From NCBI GenBank assembly GCA_027325475.1, contig DAIEFO010000002.1:1-25636 (forward strand): a stretch of DNA of 25,636 nt. The letters are read 5' to 3'. The first letter of the stretch is position 1; the number at the start of each line of letters is the position of its first letter. The stretch is from Desulfobacteraceae bacterium. Its GTDB lineage: Bacteria > Desulfobacterota > Desulfobacteria > Desulfobacterales > Desulfatirhabdiaceae. Both the position numbers and the translations under genes were made by a program. Below the pieces are notes generated by a model. That model was not told the DNA's origin, made no database searches, and saw only the letters and a list, made by a program, of their open reading frames with translations. Below are positions 1 through 6,662 of this stretch, piece by piece.

Positions 1-233
1 GGTTTGATCAGCGAAAGGGTGATCTGAAGCCCGCCGGTTCCCCAGCCGCGGGCAATCGGCATTTCCCGCGAACCATACGGCACCTGGTATCCCGGAATGG
101 CGACCGCCTTAAGGATGCCGCGGCGAATTTCCTTTTTGGCGCCCTCATCCATAAACCCAAAGGGGTATCCCGCCACACGTTCTTCATCATGCTCCGATGA
201 ACGATCCTGCTGCAGCCATTCATGCATCTGCAT
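1..233 (-). CDS. phnJ: Alpha-D-ribose 1-methylphosphonate 5-phosphate C-P lyase (radical SAM), 5' part only; runs off the window edge
   Basis: Not in the ORF track; translated by hand from ATG at 233: MQMHEWLQQDRSSEHDEERVAGYPFGFMDEGAKKEIRRGILKAVAIPGYQVPYGSREMPIARGWGTGGLQITLSLIK. This matches the PhnJ N-terminus (ILKAVAIPGYQVP..REMP..GWGTGG, including the glycyl-radical Gly in IPGYQ). GGAGG RBS upstream; overlaps the phnI stop. Confidence 0.95.
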   Translation of the reverse strand, partial: MQMHEWLQQDRSSEHDEERVAGYPFGFMDEGAKKEIRRGILKAVAIPGYQVPYGSREMPIARGWGTGGLQITLSLIK

Positions 234-1338
234 GGGCATCCTCCTGAACTTTTCCGGCGCGGGCCAGATCCTGAGCCTTTCTGAGACGATCCAGATCGGA
301 AAGAAAATCCACATAGTGCGGCAGTTTCCAGTGATTGCAGAACCCCATCGCCTCGATGCCGTCAATATGATACAGAACGAATTCCTGGTCTTCGGCGGGA
401 CACGAGGGTTTTTCAGTCCGGGTGCAGCGGTCCAGTATCGCCATGGCGATTGCCTTGATCTCGTTCTGACCGAAGCAGAGCCCATAGCCCAGACTGAAGC
501 GCGGCATGCCGTCATTTCCCTGAAAACGGGCCAGAACTTCCGCTTCCGTCACCTTGACCTCACCGGCGACATAAGGTTCTCCGGTTACCGGATGCGGCAT
601 TGTAAGCGGCAGATAGCCGATACGCAGTTCGCCCAGGGTCGGGTGGATATTCCCGTAACCGCGCATGCTGGAATAGGCCAGTGTCAGCATCCCGCCGGTT
701 TCGCCCCGGGCAAGCGCCTGCAACCGGGCGCTTCGAGGAGCCGGGAAGATGAGGGAGCGCCGGGTGATGTCAAACACCTCCTCTTCCGGGTGTGACGCCG
801 CAATGGATTCTTCCAGTAACCCTTCCCGGCGGAGAATGGCGATCACCTTTGGAAACGTGGCCGGAATTTCGGCATCGGCAGGAAGGCTGCCGAATATGCG
901 TTCACGAAAGGCATTCCGTCTCGCCGCATCATCTTTCAGCAGGTCAAAATCCAGCAGCCTCAGGGTATAATCACTGGTAGCGCCCAGAATCTGGCCACCG
1001 GGGATATCTTTAAACGCGGAGGAAATTCTTCGGACAACCCGCATCTTTTCGGCGCCAACCGGCAATGAGTAGCCAAGCCGCTGCTGGGTAGCCCGAAAGG
1101 CGCGCACCATAAAAGAGGCCTCCAACGTGTCACCGGCGGATTGTTTGAGGGCCAGAGCGGCCAGCTCCGGTGCATAGAGCGCTCCTTCCCCCATGACGCG
1201 ATCCACGGTCAGGTAGAATTGTTCCCTGATCTGGTCCACTCCCAGCACCGGGGAATTTCCCTTGATGCGCTCATAGGCAAAGAGCCGGCAGGCGTTTTCA
1301 ATAGCTTCGTTTCCACCTTTAACCGCAACATATCCCAT
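220..1338 (-). CDS. phnI: C-P lyase complex subunit PhnI (ribose 1-methylphosphonate 5-triphosphate synthase)
   Basis: 372 aa. MGYVAVKGGNEAI start, RRISSAFKDIPGGQILG, LARGETG, GYG..HPTLGELRIG, and C-terminal HWKLPHYVDF with the two Zn-binding His. Confidence 0.95.
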   Translation of the reverse strand: MGYVAVKGGNEAIENACRLFAYERIKGNSPVLGVDQIREQFYLTVDRVMGEGALYAPELAALALKQSAGDTLEASFMVRAFRATQQRLGYSLPVGAEKMRVVRRISSAFKDIPGGQILGATSDYTLRLLDFDLLKDDAARRNAFRERIFGSLPADAEIPATFPKVIAILRREGLLEESIAASHPEEEVFDITRRSLIFPAPRSARLQALARGETGGMLTLAYSSMRGYGNIHPTLGELRIGYLPLTMPHPVTGEPYVAGEVKVTEAEVLARFQGNDGMPRFSLGYGLCFGQNEIKAIAMAILDRCTRTEKPSCPAEDQEFVLYHIDGIEAMGFCNHWKLPHYVDFLSDLDRLRKAQDLARAGKVQEDAHADA

Positions 1339-1340
1339 TT

Positions 1341-1895
1341 TCAGTTCACTCCGATCTGCGATGAGCGGGGAATGCAGGCGATGCGCCCGCTCCGGTCAAG
1401 AAAAACGGCATCCACGCCAAGGGGAAATTCACGGTTCACTTCCTTTAAAAGACGCCATTCACCCGGATGAATGCCCGTAATCCGAAGTGAGGCCGTACCC
1501 TTGACCCCAGGCCCTGTCACAACAATGTCATTTCCGGCATCGCTCAGTTCTTCCACCAGATAGAGGAGGGTAGCGCCGGTATGCGGATATTCGAGGCTGC
1601 CCCGCTTGAAATGGATCAGGTTGCCGAAAGTGGCGCCATTACAGGCAACGATGAAATCCGCGTGTTCAAAAGGCACGATCCGGCTGCCGGTATGCCGGCT
1701 CAGCGCTGATTCCAGTTCCGCATCGTCAATGACGGCAAGGCTTGCTTCATTGTCCATCAGGCAGCCGAGAAGCTGGACAGCGGCAGATTCAGCTTCGGAC
1801 ACATCCGGCAAAAGATATACTTTTCCGGGGTGGCTCATCCCCTGAAGGATCACCCGGAAAGTCTCATGATCCTGGATCGTTCTATTGGTATTCAT
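1341..1895 (-). CDS. phnH: C-P lyase system protein PhnH
   Basis: 184 aa. FRVILQGMSHPG, GSLEYPHTGATL, TGPGVKG, FPLGVD..F and IPRS motifs; sits between phnG and phnI. Confidence 0.92.
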   Translation of the reverse strand: MNTNRTIQDHETFRVILQGMSHPGKVYLLPDVSEAESAAVQLLGCLMDNEASLAVIDDAELESALSRHTGSRIVPFEHADFIVACNGATFGNLIHFKRGSLEYPHTGATLLYLVEELSDAGNDIVVTGPGVKGTASLRITGIHPGEWRLLKEVNREFPLGVDAVFLDRSGRIACIPRSSQIGVN

Positions 1896-1897
1896 GA

Positions 1898-2323
1898 TCA
1901 GGCTCCCGACATCAGGTCGAAATTTACTTTTGTGGAAGCAATCAGCGCTGCGCTTTCCGCCAGTCTGCGGTTGAGCGTTACCGCCTCCTGCTTCAGACGC
2001 GCCACCAGATTTTCCTGGATTGCAGTGGGCTCAGGACACCGAAGCACCGCATCCGCCGCCGCCCGCGCCAGCGCCTTTCGGGGCGCCTCTCCCATGGCCA
2101 TGCCAAAGCCTTCACAGCCGCGAAACAAAACGCGAGCCTCTGTCACCAGAACTTCTCCCAGGTGAAAATCGGTTTCAAAGCTGTCTTTCACGGTCAACAT
2201 CACAAGCCCAGACCGTGGAGGGCAACGAATCGTCAGTTCCACACCGGCAAACAACGCCAGCAAATCTTCCACGTTTTCTTCATCCATGGCATCGATCAAA
2301 GCTGTCATATCAGCGCAATTCAT
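1898..2323 (-). CDS. phnG: C-P lyase system protein PhnG
   Basis: 141 aa. P.SGLVML, FHLGEVLVTEARV, A.ALARAAADA and TKVNF motifs; operon position. Confidence 0.9.
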   Translation of the reverse strand: MNCADMTALIDAMDEENVEDLLALFAGVELTIRCPPRSGLVMLTVKDSFETDFHLGEVLVTEARVLFRGCEGFGMAMGEAPRKALARAAADAVLRCPEPTAIQENLVARLKQEAVTLNRRLAESAALIASTKVNFDLMSGA

Positions 2324-2787
2324 TTTGTTTCACTTTCGGTTTTATTCATCATCATATAAAAGCTGTAGCCATGCTTTTCGAAACCCAGCGACTCGTAAAA
2401 ACGATGGGCAGCGTCCCGATTCCGGTTGCTGGTAAGGGACATCTTGTAGCATCCTTTTTCCCGGCAGAGACTGTTGGCATAACGCATCATCTGATGGCCG
2501 ATTCCCTGACTGCGTATTCCTTCTTCCACCACAACATCCTCAAGAATCGCTGATGGGGTTCCCATGTGGGCGATGTTGTCCAGAATTAGAAGGGCAAACG
2601 TGCCGACAATCCTGCTGTTCAGCAGGGCAATATAAATGTGATAGTCCGGATAGGTTTTCATCCGGGCAAAAATACGGCCGGCCGCCTCTAAACTGAGAAC
2701 TTTGCCGTCATCCTGCCCGAGCTGGGCATACAGCGTGAGTATGGCGGGCAAATCGGCTTCAGTTGCCTCCCGCAGGGTAATTTCCAT
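2320..2787 (-). CDS. phnO: GNAT N-acetyltransferase, PhnO-like (aminoalkylphosphonate N-acetyltransferase)
   Basis: 155 aa. GNAT acetyl-CoA motif (VVVEEGIRSQGIGHQMM) and SNRNRDAAHRFYESLGF, resembling PhnO; 4-bp overlap with phnG inside the phn operon. Exact orthology not provable by eye. Confidence 0.72.
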   Translation of the reverse strand: MEITLREATEADLPAILTLYAQLGQDDGKVLSLEAAGRIFARMKTYPDYHIYIALLNSRIVGTFALLILDNIAHMGTPSAILEDVVVEEGIRSQGIGHQMMRYANSLCREKGCYKMSLTSNRNRDAAHRFYESLGFEKHGYSFYMMMNKTESETK

Positions 2788-2802
2788 GATACGCTCCGGA
2801 GT

Positions 2803-3672
2803 TTAAGCCTTTTGATGGATGTTAGACTTCATGTGGGTGGCGATCATTTCCAGAACAATCGCAAACGCCAGTACAATATAGGTAATCAGCCCGACTTCCT
2901 TCAGATCGAAATAATATCCGCCGGCCATGAAGAGATCGAAACCGATTCCGGCAGCACCGGCGGCAGCGCCCATGGCAATGGCGTTGGCGAAGTTGATTTC
3001 AAACCGCATGAAAGTCCAGGACAGCAGATATGCAGCGGATGAAGGGATGACCGCCTGAAAGACAATCTGCCACCAGTTGGCGCCGCTGGCCGATAAGGCT
3101 TCGATAACGTTTCTGTCCAGTTCTTCAAAGGATTCGGAATAGGCTTTGGTCAGATAGCTGATGGAGTGAAACGTCATGCCGATGACTGCCGCCGCGCTGC
3201 CCAGTCCTGCGGCAACCGCAAAAATCAGGACCCATAAAATGGTGGGAATCGCCCGGATAAAAGCGACAAAACTTTTGATACAACAGGTAATCCGCCTTGG
3301 CGCCAGATTCTGAGCGCTTAACAGCCCCAGAAACAAGGCGATAACGCCGCCAAACAATGTGGTCAGAAACGCCAGACCCAGGGTGATCAGAACCTCATAA
3401 AAAGCGTCCCACAGCCCAAGACGCTGGGTGGAAGGTTCCATAAAGATGATCTTGAAGTTGTGAAGCGTATCCATTGTTGCCTTTGCAATGTCAACCCCCT
3501 GATAATCCATGGTGAACAGTGCATAAAGGGTCAATAAAGACAATGTCATCAGGAAAATCCGGATAGTGAAAGACTCCCTGTTCAGAGGCCTTCCGGAGCC
3601 AAAGATATCCGGAGAGATCATTTCATCGCTGCACAATTGTCCCCAATTGTTGATTGTTTCTTCGGTTTCCAT
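2803..3672 (-). CDS. phnE: Phosphonate ABC transporter permease
   Basis: Hydrophobic; FIRAIPTILW and EAA loop (ESFEELDRNVIEALSASGA). The ATG at 3672 overlaps the upstream stop (TGATG). Confidence 0.9.
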   Translation of the reverse strand: METEETINNWGQLCSDEMISPDIFGSGRPLNRESFTIRIFLMTLSLLTLYALFTMDYQGVDIAKATMDTLHNFKIIFMEPSTQRLGLWDAFYEVLITLGLAFLTTLFGGVIALFLGLLSAQNLAPRRITCCIKSFVAFIRAIPTILWVLIFAVAAGLGSAAAVIGMTFHSISYLTKAYSESFEELDRNVIEALSASGANWWQIVFQAVIPSSAAYLLSWTFMRFEINFANAIAMGAAAGAAGIGFDLFMAGGYYFDLKEVGLITYIVLAFAIVLEMIATHMKSNIHQKA

Positions 3673-4460
3673 CACATAATATTCCTTCGAATCATATTGG
3701 ATGCCGTTTCGATGATGATAATCGTAATGACGATCAGCATCACCACCAGACTCGCCGCATGAAAATTCATGCTCTTGTAATACAGGTCAAAGGAAAACCC
3801 GATACCGGTTCCCGTGAGAAACCCCACCAGCGTGGCGTCGCGGATATTCGTATCGATCATGAACAACAGCCAACTGATCATCTGCGGCAGGCTGGAAGGA
3901 AGAACCGCTTGAAATATGACATGGAAATAGCCGGCGCCCGTGGCTTCCAGAGCTTCAACCGCATCATGACTCACTTCGTCGATGGTTTCGATGAAAGAAC
4001 GGGTGAGAAATCCCAGAGAGCCGAAAAACAGGGCCAGATAACCTGTCAACGGGCTCTGGCTGAAAGCCAGCATCAGCACCATGGCCCAGGCTACCAGCGG
4101 AATGTTTCGAAACAGCGAAGCGATACCCCTTGCCATCACGCTGAAAAAACGGCTCATCCTCGTTGTCCGGGAACCCGCCAGCGACAGCAGAATGGCGAAA
4201 ACAGCGGCAATCGTAGTGGAAGCAATAGACATCAGCACCGTTTCCCGCAATTTCAACAAGATATCCGGCAGTTTTGCCATGGATTCGATATCCGGATAAA
4301 AATTGGAAATCCCCCAGACAAAGGCCTTGACGATACTGGTAAACCCTTTCAGCACGTCGTACCGGGTAATGATAACCGAACCAACGGTTAGAACCGCCAG
4401 TACGGCAAAGAATATCCAGCGGTCATTCCTGCGTTTGACAAAAATATCAGCCTGCTGCAT
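3672..4460 (-). CDS. phnE: Phosphonate ABC transporter permease
   Basis: 262 aa. FRNIPLVAW, EAA loop (ETIDEVSHDAVEALEATGA), NIRDATLVG..GTGIG. Confidence 0.9.
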   Translation of the reverse strand: MQQADIFVKRRNDRWIFFAVLAVLTVGSVIITRYDVLKGFTSIVKAFVWGISNFYPDIESMAKLPDILLKLRETVLMSIASTTIAAVFAILLSLAGSRTTRMSRFFSVMARGIASLFRNIPLVAWAMVLMLAFSQSPLTGYLALFFGSLGFLTRSFIETIDEVSHDAVEALEATGAGYFHVIFQAVLPSSLPQMISWLLFMIDTNIRDATLVGFLTGTGIGFSFDLYYKSMNFHAASLVVMLIVITIIIIETASNMIRRNIM

Positions 4461-5253
4461 ATCTTTCCTCTGAATCCGTCATCAGGTCTTTGGCGGTCGA
4501 ACCGTAAATATCCGATATCCGTTCGGTTGTCAGTTGATCCGGTGATCCGTCAAGAACCAGTTTCCCTTTGTTGACACCGATAATTCTGTCCGAGTATTTA
4601 AGCGCTACATTTACCTGATGCAGATTCACAATGAAGGTGATGCCCATTTCTCTGGAAATACTTCTTAGCAGATCCATAATGATTTTCGATGAATTCGGGT
4701 CCAGCGAAGAGATCGGCTCGTCACACAAAATCATTCTGGGATTTTGCACCAACGCCCTGGCGATTCCCACCCGCTGCTTCTGGCCGCCGCTTAACTGGTC
4801 GCACCGCTGATATACCTGGTCATGCAAGCCCAGGATATTGATAATGCGGTGCGCCTGCATCTTTTCTTCCTGGCTGTAACGCCCCAGAACCCCGGCCATG
4901 GTGGACTTGTACCCCAGCCTGCCGTGAAGCACGTTCTCGATGACGGTCAATCTGTCCACAAGGTTATAATGCTGGAAGATCATGCCTATTTTGGTTCTGA
5001 GTTTTCTTAAATCCCGTTTTTTCAGTTGTGAGGTGATGACACCATCGAAGCACACTTCCCCGCTGCTCACCTCGATCATCCGGTTGATACAGCGAAGAAG
5101 TGTGGATTTCCCGGAACCGGAAGGCCCTATGATGGAAATGAACTGGCCATCCATGATGGAAAAGCTGATATCAGCAAGCGCCGGCGTTGTACGGTTGTAG
5201 TACTTGATGACATTTTTCAATTCCAACAGAGGGTTACTGGTTTCTGGTGTCAT
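4447..5253 (-). CDS. phnC: Phosphonate ABC transporter ATP-binding protein
   Basis: Walker A GPSGSGKS, GMIFQHYNLVDRLTVIENVLHGRLG, signature LSGGQKQRVGIARAL, Walker B LCDEP, NLHQV. Confidence 0.93.
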   Translation of the reverse strand: MTPETSNPLLELKNVIKYYNRTTPALADISFSIMDGQFISIIGPSGSGKSTLLRCINRMIEVSSGEVCFDGVITSQLKKRDLRKLRTKIGMIFQHYNLVDRLTVIENVLHGRLGYKSTMAGVLGRYSQEEKMQAHRIINILGLHDQVYQRCDQLSGGQKQRVGIARALVQNPRMILCDEPISSLDPNSSKIIMDLLRSISREMGITFIVNLHQVNVALKYSDRIIGVNKGKLVLDGSPDQLTTERISDIYGSTAKDLMTDSEERYAAG

Positions 5254-5269
5254 ATGTTGTTAATACCCC

Positions 5270-6310
5270 TTATTTAATTCCAAGAACTTTTCTCATCGGG
5301 TCATACCAGGCATCGGTAACCTTCAGAAAACGGTGCGGCTGGACAAATACAGCCCCTTTGGCGCTTTTGGGCGCGAATATCTTCGAATCCTTGGTTACAT
5401 GCTCCGAGGTAAGCGCATGGGTGATGGCGGCGATGGTCTTTTCACTTAAAAATTCGCTGTTAACCTCAACAGGCGTGTTCAGAACGGGTATCGGCTTGAT
5501 GACAACGTACTGAGCGCCTGCAAGGCTGTTGAACGGGGCATCGGCGTCTTTGCGGATGGTATAAACGGATCCGGCTTCGTTTTCTTTTCCTTGAGTCAAC
5601 TCCACATACTGCGCCACATCAATATCGTCCACCGCCGATACATCGGATTTTCCGGTCAGCACATTGACCAAAGACAACTGGTGAGAACCCGCAAAAAGCA
5701 CCTGGCTGAAAAATTTTCCTTCGCCGCCTTGGGCCAGGTCATCTTTGGTAAGGTTTTTCCATTTGTCCTGCTGAGCGAATTGGCCCAGGATCACGGCGGC
5801 GGGCATATTGAAGCCGGATGTTGAGCTACTGGAAACAAAGGACATTCTTTTTCCGGCGATGTTGTCAATGCCATAACCGCCAGCGGATTTGTATTGGTCT
5901 TCATTGCCTTTCTTGACAAGGAATCGGCTGTAGTAAAGGGCGTCTTTCAGGGTTCCTGAATCACCGCTTTCGACCACCATCGGCAGAATTCTGGGATTGG
6001 CGGCATGAGACACCAGATACTCGTTGGGACCGAACCAGCCTATCTGAGCCTCGCCGTTTTCCAGGGCTTTGATGGCGATAATGTAATCGGTAGTCAATTT
6101 ATTCTCCACTTTTTTACCTGTGGCTTCCGAAATGATTTTGCCGAATTCTTCACGCATTACCTTCTCTTCGTTTCCCGAATTGTTCGGCAGCCAGGCAATG
6201 GTGATGGTATCGGGTTCTTTGACAGATGCGGCATGGGCAAGCGGAATGACCGTCGCCGCGCCGCAGATGGTCAGGGCAAGAGCGACAACTGTTCTGAAAA
6301 ACTGTTTCAT
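5270..6310 (-). CDS. phnD: Phosphonate/phosphite ABC transporter substrate-binding protein
   Basis: 346 aa with signal peptide (..AHA|A). TTDY, YYS, SSSTSG phosphonate-binding motif and GSH His. AAGGAG RBS; first gene of the operon. Confidence 0.88.
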   Translation of the reverse strand: MKQFFRTVVALALTICGAATVIPLAHAASVKEPDTITIAWLPNNSGNEEKVMREEFGKIISEATGKKVENKLTTDYIIAIKALENGEAQIGWFGPNEYLVSHAANPRILPMVVESGDSGTLKDALYYSRFLVKKGNEDQYKSAGGYGIDNIAGKRMSFVSSSSTSGFNMPAAVILGQFAQQDKWKNLTKDDLAQGGEGKFFSQVLFAGSHQLSLVNVLTGKSDVSAVDDIDVAQYVELTQGKENEAGSVYTIRKDADAPFNSLAGAQYVVIKPIPVLNTPVEVNSEFLSEKTIAAITHALTSEHVTKDSKIFAPKSAKGAVFVQPHRFLKVTDAWYDPMRKVLGIK

Positions 6311-6440
6311 TGTTTTCTCTCCTTGGGCTGAATGTGGAAAATGAAATCTGTAAGCTGCAACAAAGTGACATGCTTCAAAACGACACCGGACGCACCCATT
6401 TGCTTTTCAATGGATGTCCATGTCATCGTTTACAAAACCG

Positions 6441-6484
6441 TTTATAATCCGGAATTGTTAGAGGGATATTGCGGAATTGTTAGA
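6441..6484 (-). promoter_or_regulatory. Putative Pho-box-like direct repeat plus -10 for the phn operon
   Basis: A perfect 13-bp direct repeat CGGAATTGTTAGA at 6450-6462 and 6472-6484 (22-bp period = 2x11). The minus strand reads CTAACAATTCC-GCAATATCCCT-CTAACAATTCC-GGAT-TATAAA. PhoB assignment is inference. Confidence 0.5.
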
Positions 6485-6495
6485 CTCGTATTAAT

Positions 6496-6531
6496 GACGA
6501 CTTCGTGAAAAGTCCGCATGCCGCATTGCGC
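6496..6531 (-). repeat. Truncated, inverted copy of the interspersed TIR element (right end only)
   Basis: 30/36 nt identical to the reverse complement of 16254-16289. Confidence 0.8.
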
Positions 6532-6552
6532 TGCTGACAAGACGGTGAAATA

Positions 6553-6568
6553 TGGCATTAATATTGCT
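6553..6568 (+). promoter_or_regulatory. Sigma54 -24/-12 promoter of the aldehyde oxidoreductase operon
   Basis: TGGCATTAATATTGCT: GG-N10-GC with flanking consensus, about 95 bp upstream of the ATG at 6663. Confidence 0.8.
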
Positions 6569-6662
6569 TTCTTGGTCTGTCAAATCTACCTTTTATATGA
6601 GCAGTGTCAGCTGGATCGACATGACGTGTTCGGCATATTTCCCTATCAAACAAGGAGTGAAA

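Noticed and set aside
8-223. 71-aa ORF MNGCS... as the gene after phnI
   Set aside because: Wrong frame; the overlapping frame starting at 233 gives clear PhnJ motifs.
97-795. 232-aa plus-strand ORF, and other long antisense ORFs (3654-4391, 7053-8120, 8607-9509, 14291-15511, 20968-21942, 22757-23410)
   Set aside because: Shadow frames of well-supported genes, with no recognisable motifs or RBS.
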